A stretch of 64,000 nt of DNA from Candidatus Bathyarchaeota archaeon (GCA_963826715.1 CAWGYA010000002.1:384001-448000); one strand, 5' to 3'; counted from the first letter of the stretch, positions 48,909 through 59,518 are shown. Numbers and translations: made by a program. The notes: generated by a model not told the origin, from the letters alone.

Positions 48909-50093
48909 ATGGATGCGCAAGAACAGTTAGCGATGACACAGACAAGGTTTACAACTTCTGTTTCGGCTCCATTAGAGGTACTTCCTAAAAGATGGTTTTG
49001 CACCGGAATTGAGGCTTCAGGTCGCACGGTTAGACAGGAAGCTGAGACGCCCGCCAACTTTTCCGAGATAATAAATCGATCAATCGTCGCTTGGGTTGAC
49101 TATATCACGGATGATCCAATCAAAGATTTGCCTCTTGCGGCTTCTCAATTAGGTTTCAGTGAGTCCTTCATCGCTAACCTATCATCATGTGACCAACTAA
49201 ATTACTCGGATTTTGACAATGAGATGTGGTTAACTTTTCCCGCTATTCAAATCCGAGGAACTGATGTCAAAACACATCCACTTGCTGTTTTGATTAGAAA
49301 GAATTTGATTTTCACTTTCCATATGCGTCTCGTAGATAAACGATTTCTTAGACTGAGAAGATATTCAGAGTCGATTCTAAGAAAAATACCAACAGACAGC
49401 AAATCAGAGGATCGACTGACAGTTCTATTATACCGAATCTTAGAGGCAAACAACGATAGCAACTTCAGGCATCTGCGGATGATCGAGGAGTTCGGCGACG
49501 AAATAAATCGTGAATTAATGGATCAAAATTTGGATAAAACCACTTTGGGACCAAAAATTTACGAAATGAAGCATGCACTAATTATATATATGAACGCGCT
49601 GTGGGAAAGCGTTGATGTTCTGCAAGGAATCCGTTATGGCGACGCTGAACTCTTAACCGACGACCCTAAAATAGTAAACCTTTTCGCTGGAATGGTGGAA
49701 CAAGTTAAGAGTCAAATAGGCTTATCCGAGCACATGTCCGAAGTTTTAGCCTCAGGCATAGAGGCGACTCAGACAATTTATAATAATCAGTTAACTATCG
49801 CAAACAATCAGCTAACCGTATCCAACAACAAATTAACATTGCTTAACAACCGTTTATCAAAAATAGTCGCCTATCTAACCATAATTGGAACAGCGATACT
49901 GATACCTAACACAATCGCAACGGTCCTTGGTAACTCAGTTTGGGTTTTGGGACCTGACTTCCTACCTTCATACATAGCACTTATGATTAGCGCCACAACA
50001 ATCGGTAGCATCCTAATGTGGATCTGGATTAAAAAATCAGGTTTAGTAATTGATGAACAAGAACACGAGGGAGAATGCAAACCATTAAATTAA
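48909..50093 (+). CDS. CorA-family divalent cation transporter (atypical)
   Basis: Large soluble domain, long stalk helix and two C-terminal TM helices; the GMN position reads GNS. Confidence 0.75.
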   Translation: MDAQEQLAMTQTRFTTSVSAPLEVLPKRWFCTGIEASGRTVRQEAETPANFSEIINRSIVAWVDYITDDPIKDLPLAASQLGFSESFIANLSSCDQLNYSDFDNEMWLTFPAIQIRGTDVKTHPLAVLIRKNLIFTFHMRLVDKRFLRLRRYSESILRKIPTDSKSEDRLTVLLYRILEANNDSNFRHLRMIEEFGDEINRELMDQNLDKTTLGPKIYEMKHALIIYMNALWESVDVLQGIRYGDAELLTDDPKIVNLFAGMVEQVKSQIGLSEHMSEVLASGIEATQTIYNNQLTIANNQLTVSNNKLTLLNNRLSKIVAYLTIIGTAILIPNTIATVLGNSVWVLGPDFLPSYIALMISATTIGSILMWIWIKKSGLVIDEQEHEGECKPLN

Positions 50094-50145
50094 GCTCTCA
50101 ATAAGCGAGCAGTAGAAAAAAAAATCAGAACTGCATTTTTGCAAG

Positions 50146-50625
50146 TTACTTTATGTTTTTAACGGATTCGTTAGCCTTCTCGAGTTCGCGCTTCTTAGAG
50201 TCCTGATAACAAGAAACATTTTCCAATAGAGCCTTATCATACAAACCAAAAATCTTTGCTGTTGCAATGGCTGCGCCCTCAGGCTCAATCGTTACCACCG
50301 AGCCAATGCCGCTTGGCACTCGAAGCGAAGAGTAAATGTCGGCTCCACCATATTTGTCACTGTAAGGTGGACAGGCAATTACGGGTTTTGTGGTGTTGCC
50401 ATCGATGAAAGCGCTCAAAGCGTTTGAACGTCCGGCAACAGTTATGTAAACAACTTTTTGTATCTCAAATTCCTTGATGACCTCCAGCACTGTTTGGGGA
50501 GTTTTATGTGCGGAAGCCACGCGGAACTCAAAATCAACTCCTAAAAGCTTTAGATACTTGGCGATTTCACTGCAGAAATCCATGTCCCTTTCAGACCCCA
50601 TAACGATTACTGCTTTGCCGACCAT
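50146..50625 (-). CDS. purE: AIR carboxylase / N5-CAIR mutase
   Basis: VMGSERD, VASAHKTP, VAGRSNAL, PVIACPP. Confidence 0.92.
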   Translation of the reverse strand: MVGKAVIVMGSERDMDFCSEIAKYLKLLGVDFEFRVASAHKTPQTVLEVIKEFEIQKVVYITVAGRSNALSAFIDGNTTKPVIACPPYSDKYGGADIYSSLRVPSGIGSVVTIEPEGAAIATAKIFGLYDKALLENVSCYQDSKKRELEKANESVKNIK

Positions 50626-50677
50626 TTCAATTCACATCTTAACGTAAACTATTATCAGGCTAATTAATTTATACAAG

Positions 50678-51238
50678 TTAAGGTTCACCAAAGAACCTTT
50701 GCTCAAAGCGCCTCATCCACGAAGGAGCCCTAACTAAAGAATATAACAACACACCAATTACACATACGGCAATAATAATTAAAACAGGCAAAAGCACAAA
50801 GACAACAGTTGGTGCACCCTCCAATAAGGATATGTAACCAATGTAAATCCATAAAGCCAAAAAAACTACCATCATAGCGATACTGATCAGAAGAAATGCT
50901 TTGATTATTGGCTGAAGACTGTACTTCTGAGATAAAACAGCAATTTTTACGTATTTTTCATCTTCAGGAGTTGATCTCTGCTCAACAAGATTAAGGTGCT
51001 CAACTGTTTTTTTCCCAAAAGGTGACAAAACATAGTAACCAGAATTAGTTTTCTCCAGAACGCCCTTAAGCTGGTCTAAATGGTAGTTTAATTTTCCAGT
51101 GGACAAACCAAGCCCTGTAATAAGCTCAGTGTAGGAAACTCCCCCACTTTTGGACTGCACAATCCGAATTATCAAACGACGAGTCGGATGCGCCAACCCC
51201 TGAAAAACTATAGATTCAATCTGCTCATTTTTACTCAA
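50678..51238 (-). CDS. Winged-helix regulator with two C-terminal TM helices
   Basis: LAHPTRRLII..STGKLNYHL plus two hydrophobic segments. Confidence 0.75.
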   Translation of the reverse strand: MSKNEQIESIVFQGLAHPTRRLIIRIVQSKSGGVSYTELITGLGLSTGKLNYHLDQLKGVLEKTNSGYYVLSPFGKKTVEHLNLVEQRSTPEDEKYVKIAVLSQKYSLQPIIKAFLLISIAMMVVFLALWIYIGYISLLEGAPTVVFVLLPVLIIIAVCVIGVLLYSLVRAPSWMRRFEQRFFGEP

Positions 51239-51533
51239 TTACTGCACCGCAAAACTCATTTCGCTTCAATCGTTTAAAACCTTTTTAACAATTTTTACTT
51301 GACAAATTTCCTGCGATATTGGCACCGCAATTTATGCGCAATATATATTTTCCAAAAAGTGATGTAGAAATATCGTTTAATGTGAAGTTTAAAATCAACC
51401 CAGATATTGAAAAAGTTAGGGCAGGACAAGTATTATCAACAACTGAAGCTTAAAGTCGGAAACCCTGAGGCAAAGACCTTTAAAACTCAACAGAGTCAAT
51501 TCAGAAAAGACAACTTGCTGCTGACTACGTTCT

Positions 51534-52019
51534 CTAATCCAAAAGATCCAGAAGAATCGCTGTTAACTTATCCGTCACCAACTGCAAAACATCACTTAAG
51601 CCTTCGCCAAAATTCGTGATCTTTGGCTCAATGAGTAGCAACGAAATTTTGGCACCAGTTGTTGCCTTTACATATTCGCAAAAGACCCTCAGGGGCAATA
51701 CATGTGAAGAAACTGGGGAGAAAATTGAGATCTTATCAGCGTCAAACAGGTTTACTTCTCCTGCAGCGAAGCCCAAAAGGGCAGAATCAATTAGCAGCAC
51801 ATGAGATGGTTGGAATTGCTCTATTTCTAATAGGTGACTTTCTGGAACAGTTTCGCATTCCAAAATACAAACGTTTTTGCGGACTTTTCCCGTCAAGTTT
51901 TCTGCAATTTTAAGTCCCACATAATCGTCGGTTCGAATGGGGTTACCGATTCCAGCTACAACAATTTTTTTCGCTTCCACTAACCATTCTTGAAGTTCTT
52001 GCTTCAGGTTATTAGCCAT
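51534..52019 (-). CDS. hycI: Hydrogenase maturation protease (HycI-like)
   Basis: GIGNPIRTDD, ETVPE, LIDSA, SSHVLPL. Confidence 0.88.
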   Translation of the reverse strand: MANNLKQELQEWLVEAKKIVVAGIGNPIRTDDYVGLKIAENLTGKVRKNVCILECETVPESHLLEIEQFQPSHVLLIDSALLGFAAGEVNLFDADKISIFSPVSSHVLPLRVFCEYVKATTGAKISLLLIEPKITNFGEGLSDVLQLVTDKLTAILLDLLD

Positions 52020-52060
52020 TTATGCACCCGTATAGAAACTGAACCCTAAACCAAAAAAGC

Positions 52061-52426
52061 TTATCCTTGAGCCTTTTTTTCCAATTGAGGTGGCTTTCTA
52101 TGTGCATCCCAAACATGATGTAAAGCTAAACTAGGATGATGTAAAAGCATCCTTGGACCAGCATAACGCATAACGATTTTTGCTTTTTGTTTCATATCAG
52201 CACGGTAGCAGTGGACGATGCATTTTCCGCATGTACTCTTTTTTTCTTGGAAAGGGCACTTGTCGAGACGCAAAAAAGCATATTCTTTAAACTGTTCACA
52301 CTCTGGACATAACTCGCCTTTGTTGACACTATGGTGGTTTTTGCAATAAATTTCAACCATGTAGCCTATGGTTTTTTTTTCGCGTTTCATCCGTTTGTGG
52401 GTGGGGTTTGGTGGTTGCGGCTGCAT
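52061..52426 (-). CDS. YgbA-like (nitrous-oxide-stimulated promoter family) Cys-rich protein
   Basis: REKKTI..YC..H, RLDKCPF, CGKCIVHCY, MRYAGPRMLLHHP. Confidence 0.8.
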   Translation of the reverse strand: MQPQPPNPTHKRMKREKKTIGYMVEIYCKNHHSVNKGELCPECEQFKEYAFLRLDKCPFQEKKSTCGKCIVHCYRADMKQKAKIVMRYAGPRMLLHHPSLALHHVWDAHRKPPQLEKKAQG

Positions 52427-52516
52427 ATCAATCGATACATAAAAGTGGTCCGTTTTACATAAGCATTAGCCCTAACTAATCAGGGTTTTCTAATTAGAAA
52501 AAAGAAAATAGTTAAT

Positions 52517-53968
52517 TTATCGGCTAACATAGTCAATTAGCTGCTTGTTGGCATTGTAGACTTCCACTGTCAAAGGCATCTGACCAATTGCGCTATGGGT
52601 TGCACATCCAAAGCAAGGGTCATAAGCGCGAAATGCCATCTCGACCATGTTTAGAATTCCCTGGTCGACTTTTCCATTGTGGATTAAGCCTTTTGCAGCA
52701 TCACGAATGCTCATACATATTGCAGGGTAATTGTTAGTAGTCGCTACAACTAGGTTCACGTCTTTAAGCAACGCATCTCGGTCAAGTGTATAGTGGTGAA
52801 TAAGGGTACCTCGAGCAGCTTCAACTATTCCAACACCCTCTGTGGGGGCTCCGGGTTTGTTACGTATGTCTGTGCTTGTGATTTCTGGATCACGGATGAG
52901 CTCCAGTGCACGTTCAGTTGCATACATAAGCTCGATTACTCGAGCCCAATGGAAAGCCAAAGTGTTGTGAACGGGTTTACCCAATGTCTTTTTCATTTCT
53001 TCGTATTCAGCCTGAGCCCGTGGAGTTGCCATACCATCTGAAACATTGAGTCTGCCAAGTGGTCCGACACGATAGATGCCACTGTCTGCACCTGCGATTT
53101 GCCCTTTCCAGCCAACTGCCTTAAGGAACGGAAATTTGCTATATGTCCATTCTTCTACATGTTCGGAAATATGACTAAGGTAATCCTGAGCACCGAATTT
53201 GACAAATTCGTTTCCTTTGGGGTCAACTACTCGGATTTTTCCATCGTAAAAATTGACTTTGTTGTGATCATCCACTGTACCCATATAATATGTTTGCATA
53301 TTGTAGGCTTGACTTTTGATTAAATCTACGTATTTTGCGTTACTTAAGATCACGTCGTGGAAAAGTTTTAATGTAAATTGAGCAAAGTCTCGGCAGGAAA
53401 CTACCATTTGTTCAATTTCAGCACGGTTTTCTTCGCTTAATGCCTTGGACATTCCGCCTGGTAATCCACAGGTGGGGTGTGTGGCTTTGCCCCCTATAAT
53501 TTCGGTGATTTTTTGTCCGTAAGCACGGTGTTTTATGACATCTCGCGCGACATCTATTCCTGCTTTCTCGATTACACCTATGATGTTGCGTTTTTCTGGA
53601 GGGGCATCTATACCTACGATAAAGTCTGGACCACCAAGGTAATAAAAGTGCAACGTGTGGTCATAAATGACGTATGCTGCATACATGAGTTCTCTGAGTT
53701 TCTTGGCTGTTGGAGTGGGTTCAACGTTGAAAGCTACATCGAGAGCTTTTGTTGCTGCGAAATGATGTGCCACTGGACAGACCCCGCAGATACGAGAGGT
53801 AAGCTGGGGCATAAGTTCAGCTCGTCTACCTATACAGAATTTTTCGAAGCCGCGGAGCTCAGGAATTTTTAGGTAAGCATTGTCCACTTCGCCATTATCA
53901 TTTAGAAAGATTGATACGTTACCATGACCTTCAAGCCGAGTTATAGGATCAATTATTATTTCTTTCAT
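52517..53968 (-). CDS. mvhA: Group 3c [NiFe]-hydrogenase large subunit
   Basis: ITRLEGHG, L1 RICGVC, L2 RAYDPCFGCATH plus a cleavable tail. Confidence 0.9.
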   Translation of the reverse strand: MKEIIIDPITRLEGHGNVSIFLNDNGEVDNAYLKIPELRGFEKFCIGRRAELMPQLTSRICGVCPVAHHFAATKALDVAFNVEPTPTAKKLRELMYAAYVIYDHTLHFYYLGGPDFIVGIDAPPEKRNIIGVIEKAGIDVARDVIKHRAYGQKITEIIGGKATHPTCGLPGGMSKALSEENRAEIEQMVVSCRDFAQFTLKLFHDVILSNAKYVDLIKSQAYNMQTYYMGTVDDHNKVNFYDGKIRVVDPKGNEFVKFGAQDYLSHISEHVEEWTYSKFPFLKAVGWKGQIAGADSGIYRVGPLGRLNVSDGMATPRAQAEYEEMKKTLGKPVHNTLAFHWARVIELMYATERALELIRDPEITSTDIRNKPGAPTEGVGIVEAARGTLIHHYTLDRDALLKDVNLVVATTNNYPAICMSIRDAAKGLIHNGKVDQGILNMVEMAFRAYDPCFGCATHSAIGQMPLTVEVYNANKQLIDYVSR

Positions 53969-54954
53969 TTCTTGATCACCTTACGTTTAAGGATTGATGC
54001 TGGCAAACTATACATGTAAAAAGTGCCAGTTGGATCCTTGATTTGGTTTATTAAATCCTCAATTTCGTTTTCGGTATAACTATTTTTACCTTCTACGCCA
54101 TCATAGCCTAAAATTGAGGCTAAAGCAGTTATCATGGCTGCACCTTGTTCAGGAACGTTAGGCGCTCTTCCTCCGCAACCAGTACAAGGCATGTCAACCG
54201 CTAGACATTTTGCACCGCAGCCACTTCTTGTTGCGATTCCCATGCAAAGAATCCCTTGTTCAAGGAGACATTTTTCAGGTTCAGGCTCTTTCTCGTAGAC
54301 ACGGTAGATTTTGTCAATTTTTTTGTTATCACGCTTGCGTGGGCATTCATCGCAAACTGGTTTTGGCGGTGCAAGCACGGAACCTTTTGGGGGGAGAGTG
54401 TTACCTGCAATGGCATCAATTGCTGCAGCAGTTAATTTAACTGGGGGAGGACAACCTGGAAGATAATAATCCACATCGACTGTTTGAGCCAAAGTTCTCA
54501 CAGTATCGTAAAACTCGGGGATTTTCAGCGTACCCTCATTGACTTTGGTTTCAGGTTGTGGTGTTACACCTTGAGGGTTGACGTTAGTTTTGTCTTTTAA
54601 GTAAACTTGCTCGAAAACTTCGGCTTTAGTATTCAAATTAGCTAAGCCAGGGACACTTCCTTCATGGGCACATGAACCAAAAGCGATCAATGCCTTGGTT
54701 TTTTGCCGTAACACCTTTGCCATGTGTTCTTGTTCACTGTTACGTATGGAACCGTTGAAAAAAGTTATATCAATGTATTTGTCCGGGAGTTCTTCTAAGT
54801 CTTTGTATTTGATGTCCATGGCGGCAGGCCAAAATACTATTTCTGCTATCTTCAGCACATCTAAGATTTTTTCGTTTATGTCTAAGACGGCAACTTCACA
54901 ACCGCCGCAACTTGCAGCCCAGTAAAAGGCTATTTTTAGTTTGCTCTTACTCAT
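53965..54954 (-). CDS. mvhG: [NiFe]-hydrogenase small subunit
   Basis: ASCGGC, FGSCA, PGCPP, VCDEC, CLLEQG..CMG..C..PCTGC. Confidence 0.9.
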   Translation of the reverse strand: MSKSKLKIAFYWAASCGGCEVAVLDINEKILDVLKIAEIVFWPAAMDIKYKDLEELPDKYIDITFFNGSIRNSEQEHMAKVLRQKTKALIAFGSCAHEGSVPGLANLNTKAEVFEQVYLKDKTNVNPQGVTPQPETKVNEGTLKIPEFYDTVRTLAQTVDVDYYLPGCPPPVKLTAAAIDAIAGNTLPPKGSVLAPPKPVCDECPRKRDNKKIDKIYRVYEKEPEPEKCLLEQGILCMGIATRSGCGAKCLAVDMPCTGCGGRAPNVPEQGAAMITALASILGYDGVEGKNSYTENEIEDLINQIKDPTGTFYMYSLPASILKRKVIKK

Positions 54955-55844
54955 GGTTTATTTGCTCCTTGAGCGAATTGGTTCGTAATTTTTTGCGCGT
55001 TTACCCGAAGATCCCCGAAAGCTAATTCTTCGGGGGTCATGCCCATAGCGAGTCCGAGTAGTTGCGGATAATGTAGAATGGGAATGCCGTAGACTTCGTT
55101 AAAAGTTTTTTCTATGCGAAGCTCGTTTGTATCGTACATTATGTGGCAGAACGGACATATTGTGATTAAAGCTTGAGCATCGACCATTTTTATGTGGTTT
55201 AGTTTATCTCGTGCAAGCGCCAATGCAACCTTGTCGCTAACTCCAACGCTGGGTGCGCCACAGCATTCAGTTTCGTCTATGTAATCAAGGCAAGTTGCTC
55301 CTGTAGCTTCAATAAGCATCTTGAGAGTTTGGGGGTCTTCAGGGTCGTCAAAGCCGATGTACTCTTTAGGACGTAGAATATGGCAGCCATTGTGCTCAGC
55401 AACGTTGAGACCTGTCAAAGAGTTAGTGACTTCGTTTTTGATTTTGTCAATACCCACATCCTCTTTTAGGAATTGGAGAAGATGTTTAGTTTCAACTGTT
55501 GCTTTGTATTCTAAGCCTGCCTCTTTGAGATGTATATTGACGTCATCCAGCTGCATTTTGTCTTCTTTTAGGGTTTTATTGACTTTCTTTAGCGTACCTG
55601 CACAGCCGGGGCATAAAGTGAGGATATTCAAACCCTGCCCCTCTGCCAGTGCCAAGTTTTTCGCGGCTAAAATCATCATAGTTTCGTGACTAACAGGATC
55701 AAAGGGCAAGCCGCAACAGTTGAATTCAGGCATCTCGACAAGTTCCACACCTAGCTTATCTAGAACCCTGCGCGAGCTTATTTCGTATGAGGATACTCGG
55801 TAGGGAACAGCGCAGCCGAGGAATATAAGATATTTATTGCTCAT
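54951..55844 (-). CDS. hdrB: Heterodisulfide reductase subunit B
   Basis: Two CCG domains (FLGC..NCCG..CPGC; GCH..ECCG..CPFC). Confidence 0.9.
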   Translation of the reverse strand: MSNKYLIFLGCAVPYRVSSYEISSRRVLDKLGVELVEMPEFNCCGLPFDPVSHETMMILAAKNLALAEGQGLNILTLCPGCAGTLKKVNKTLKEDKMQLDDVNIHLKEAGLEYKATVETKHLLQFLKEDVGIDKIKNEVTNSLTGLNVAEHNGCHILRPKEYIGFDDPEDPQTLKMLIEATGATCLDYIDETECCGAPSVGVSDKVALALARDKLNHIKMVDAQALITICPFCHIMYDTNELRIEKTFNEVYGIPILHYPQLLGLAMGMTPEELAFGDLRVNAQKITNQFAQGANKP

Positions 55845-56397
55845 CTGTTTTTTCACTCTGTGGTTTTTGAATACGGTCAAAAAACTTTACGCCTTTAAGC
55901 GTTTTTTTAACAATATCGGGGTTGCCTTTGGGGAGCGGAGGTAAACCTTGGCTTTCCCTCTTTTTGATTCGTAAATCTGGAATTTTATATGCGTAACCTG
56001 TTTCGATAAGGCTATGGGCTTGGTCTTTAAAGACCTGCGGAATGCATCCTTTTTCTGCAGCGAGGTTGCGGAAGGCGCGGATTACGTTGGCTACTTCAAT
56101 ATTTTGGGGACATCTGTCAGTGCATGTAAAGCAAGCAGCACACAGCCAGAGTGTGCCACTATTTAGAACTCTATCCTTTAGACCCAGCTGTGCCAAGTGA
56201 ATTAGGGTACGTGGACGATAGTCATCACTGAACCGTGCAACTGGGCAGTCTGAGGTGCAGGTTCCGCATTGGAAGCATTTGAGAATTTTTTCGCTCCCAT
56301 GGATTTTTTGGAGGTCATACTTGAATTTTGGATCAATTTCAGAAGCTTTGATTGGGTGCTCCTTACCCTGCGGAGTTGGTGGGGCTACTTCACTCAT
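55834..56397 (-). CDS. hdrC: Heterodisulfide reductase subunit C
   Basis: CFQCGTCTSDCP and WLCAACFTCTDRCP. Confidence 0.9.
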   Translation of the reverse strand: MSEVAPPTPQGKEHPIKASEIDPKFKYDLQKIHGSEKILKCFQCGTCTSDCPVARFSDDYRPRTLIHLAQLGLKDRVLNSGTLWLCAACFTCTDRCPQNIEVANVIRAFRNLAAEKGCIPQVFKDQAHSLIETGYAYKIPDLRIKKRESQGLPPLPKGNPDIVKKTLKGVKFFDRIQKPQSEKTDEQ

Positions 56398-56616
56398 AAA
56401 CTGTTTAACTCCTCTGGATTAGTTGGAACAGCACATGGTGCTTTGAAGGTGAAATGGTTATGTCGAGTAGATAAAGTTTGAGCACGGGAATTTGATTCTT
56501 ACATGTTGAAAAATAAAATTCAGTGTGTTTTTTGTTCATCAATGCTCCATCTGTGTTTAGAAGAATGCACATACTTCTATGCATAGTTCATGTTTAGATG
56601 TTCATGTTTGTTGCCT

Positions 56617-57612
56617 TCAGGTAGCCGTTTGTTGCCCAACAGCAGCGGTTGGCACAACGACTTTTTTCTCAAAAAGCATCGGTAACCCAAGCAGCGGCAA
56701 CGATAGCATCCACAAATCCATGTTATGCCCCAAAAACCACGCATACCAATAGTTCCATGTGTCGCCTGCAAGTATTACCCAGCTAAGATAATTCCATAGG
56801 AAATACAACCCCACCAAGGTAACAATGATTCCGATGGCGCCCCTGTTGAGGTCTGATATTGACTCGACTTGCCCCGATTTTTTGGCCAGATACCCCGCGT
56901 AGATTGCCAGCACCAACAAAAGGGTTGTTGTGATGAAACTAACCATGTGCTCGGGGTGATAAATCACGGTTTCTGCGCCGTTGATTAGGGTGGTCTCCAT
57001 CCAGAGGTAACTCGTGCCCTTACTTGCCAAAACCCCCAGCCAATTCGCTGTGTTAGTCAACCAGAAAACCACAATTGTGAGGACACCGACTATGAATCCC
57101 CACTTAATTGGTGTTTTAAGAGGCTTGTCGGGTTTGAGTTTAGCAGCAAATATTAAGAAGACTATGGGCAGAACCACCGCCTCCATAACTGTTGGAATCA
57201 CACCTGTGAACATTGAATTTAACAGGCTATCCAAACTACTTTGTCGTGTGAGAAGACCCAAAAAAGCCTGTACGCTATAGCCTGCGGTTGCAACTAATCC
57301 CAGCCAGTATATGGCTTCAAAAGCCAAAACCAGCCTTACCGCCCGATACACCACAGACTTGGACAGGTTACCTTTGGCTATGTAGGCTATGACGGCAGCT
57401 AGAGCTATGATGCCTGCGGCGAAGCGAAACGCCAGGCAAGTTGTGGCGCTGATGTCCTCAACAAATATTACGGTTCGAATCGGCTCACGCAGTGGTTCCC
57501 ACTCGCCAATCCATGACAAAGTAAACATCGCGTGCAATGTGAAGAGGAAGTATGATGCGGCTACGGCGAGCAAGCCGATTTTTAGGGGGGTGAAGGTTTT
57601 TTTCGCTGTCAT
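56617..57612 (-). CDS. Multi-pass membrane protein
   Basis: About 8 hydrophobic segments. Confidence 0.7.
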   Translation of the reverse strand: MTAKKTFTPLKIGLLAVAASYFLFTLHAMFTLSWIGEWEPLREPIRTVIFVEDISATTCLAFRFAAGIIALAAVIAYIAKGNLSKSVVYRAVRLVLAFEAIYWLGLVATAGYSVQAFLGLLTRQSSLDSLLNSMFTGVIPTVMEAVVLPIVFLIFAAKLKPDKPLKTPIKWGFIVGVLTIVVFWLTNTANWLGVLASKGTSYLWMETTLINGAETVIYHPEHMVSFITTTLLLVLAIYAGYLAKKSGQVESISDLNRGAIGIIVTLVGLYFLWNYLSWVILAGDTWNYWYAWFLGHNMDLWMLSLPLLGLPMLFEKKVVVPTAAVGQQTAT

Positions 57613-57737
57613 AGAATCAACCGTGTTTAAGCTGAAAAGTAATCGGTCAAGTTGCTATATTATACTTGCGGTGTAGAAGGCTCCGGATGCGGTTAGTGTT
57701 AAATACCTAAAACACACAGGGTATAGGTGGAGAGCTC

Positions 57738-57974
57738 TTGAAGTTGACTCGTCAGCCCGTTACCGTTTTCCTCTACGCCACTCAGACAGTGGGCGTGGTG
57801 TTTGTTGGTTTGTTTTTGGCGGCGTACCTCGCAGGGTTGCCCACGACTGCAGTTCTACACTCTGACCCCGCCGTACGTTTGGCGTTGACGATTTTGGGTG
57901 TGGTCTATTTATCGTTGACGCTTGTCGCAGGGGTTTTGGCGTTTCTAAGACGGAAAACAGCTGCCCGAACCTAA
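57738..57974 (+). CDS. Small two-TM membrane protein
   Basis: Two hydrophobic helices; GGTGG RBS upstream of the TTG. Confidence 0.6.
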   Translation: MKLTRQPVTVFLYATQTVGVVFVGLFLAAYLAGLPTTAVLHSDPAVRLALTILGVVYLSLTLVAGVLAFLRRKTAART

Positions 57975-58035
57975 TTGTTCAACTTGTCTGTAACACCTTA
58001 AATTTTATATTTGGTGTTAATTCATTTTCCATCCT

Positions 58036-58806
58036 ATGGCTAACCGCAGATTTGGTGGCATCACATGGCGACAACCCATCGTCTTTGTAGTTGCTACTGT
58101 AATTTGCACTGTACTGGCGATTTGGGCAGTCATAACGACACCTGTTGGCTCAGACCTCGTTGCAATCCCAGGCGTCTCCGGACTCTACATATCCGCCGCT
58201 GTTTATGTGCCGCTGGCGATGTGGTTTGGCATCTGGGGGTGCCTTGCAGGCTACCTTAGCTGCGTCTTTTTAGGTGTGTATCTGATGGCGCTAGGTGTCC
58301 CAGGCTACACGCTGGAGTTTGTTCTGGTTTGGTCGCTATCAGATTTCTTTGAGGGGTTTGTGCCCCTGATGATTTATCGGTCCCTTAAAACCCGGCCTAA
58401 ACTGGATTTAAAACGTCCAAGAGTCACTTATGGAATAAATGCGCTTCTCGCGGCAGTTTTGGTCTGCTCAGCTTTAGCATTGATTAACTCTTACACTTAC
58501 GCTTTCATCGCAACCTTCGCATTGAGCATCCTGTTGGTGTTTGCTCTATCTTTTATGGAGGACAACAAAACCTGGCTCACATGGCTACCTGTCGGCGTAT
58601 TTGTCGCTGCCCTAACGTCAGGCTTGTTCGGCGTGGGGGCTTTGGCGGCTTTCGGCAACATACCCTTGGAGGCGTTTGGCACAGTTCTCTTCGGCTGGGT
58701 CTTTGGCGACATAATCGTCCTCGCCACTTTGGGCACGTTGCTCATGGTTGCGTTGACACCCTACATTATCCGCTCAAAAATCTACGTCAAACGATACTTC
58801 TCATAA
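58036..58806 (+). CDS. Multi-pass membrane protein (ECF S-component/MASE1-like)
   Basis: VPLAMWFGIWGCLAGY and GWVFGDII motifs; about 8 TM segments. Confidence 0.6.
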   Translation: MANRRFGGITWRQPIVFVVATVICTVLAIWAVITTPVGSDLVAIPGVSGLYISAAVYVPLAMWFGIWGCLAGYLSCVFLGVYLMALGVPGYTLEFVLVWSLSDFFEGFVPLMIYRSLKTRPKLDLKRPRVTYGINALLAAVLVCSALALINSYTYAFIATFALSILLVFALSFMEDNKTWLTWLPVGVFVAALTSGLFGVGALAAFGNIPLEAFGTVLFGWVFGDIIVLATLGTLLMVALTPYIIRSKIYVKRYFS

Positions 58807-58888
58807 CACAAACCAAAAATTCCATTCTGTCTATGGAAAACGTCGAAATCACTCAAAGAGAAAAATAAACGCGGCTAAAAATTTTTGC

Positions 58889-59518
58889 CTACTTGTATAG
58901 GATGCGTTCGCCGCCGTTAAACACATAAACCTCGCCTAAAGCTGACAGTTTGCCCTCATCGCAGACAAGCGCCGAACCCTGCGGAACAGCGTAAATGGTT
59001 TCCTTAAGAGAAAACCGCTTGAGCACTTCGTCTTTAGCGGGCGTATAATGTGCCTTTAAGGTAATTTCCACCAAGTCTAAGCCGTCCATTATCCGAACTT
59101 TGCCGTTACTGCGGCATGTCGTGACGCATCTCCTGCACAGCGCCAGTGCCCCCGCGCTTCTGCCCACAATAACCCCGCGGAAACTTCTCAGCAGCGACTC
59201 AAGATTCATGTTTTTGATTCTCTCAATAAGTATGCTGGTTTGTCCACCGGTTAAATACAACATGTTAGACTTCGCGATTTTCTCGGCTACACCCTCCAGT
59301 TGGGCATACTCTATATATTCCACTGAGGAAGCACCCAGAACTGAAAAATAGTCCGTTAGAAGCTTGCGTTTCCGGTATTCATTATCGAAGGATGCCCGCG
59401 CCCAAGGAAACACCAAAACGCTGGGGTGTCCACCTGCATCTTGGAAGGCTTGCTCGTTGATTTCTTTGGCGCTTCGTCGGTAGACGTTTTCTCCGCCTAA
59501 AAGATACAGCTTAGGCAT
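58889..59518 (-). CDS. Peptidase S51 / class I glutamine amidotransferase-like protein
   Basis: YLTGGQT, GRSAGA nucleophile elbow, AHY. Confidence 0.8.
   Translation of the reverse strand: MPKLYLLGGENVYRRSAKEINEQAFQDAGGHPSVLVFPWARASFDNEYRKRKLLTDYFSVLGASSVEYIEYAQLEGVAEKIAKSNMLYLTGGQTSILIERIKNMNLESLLRSFRGVIVGRSAGALALCRRCVTTCRSNGKVRIMDGLDLVEITLKAHYTPAKDEVLKRFSLKETIYAVPQGSALVCDEGKLSALGEVYVFNGGERILYK

Noticed and set aside
52517-56397. Selenocysteine recoding in Mvh/Hdr
   Set aside because: All metal-ligand positions are Cys and the ORFs have no in-frame TGA
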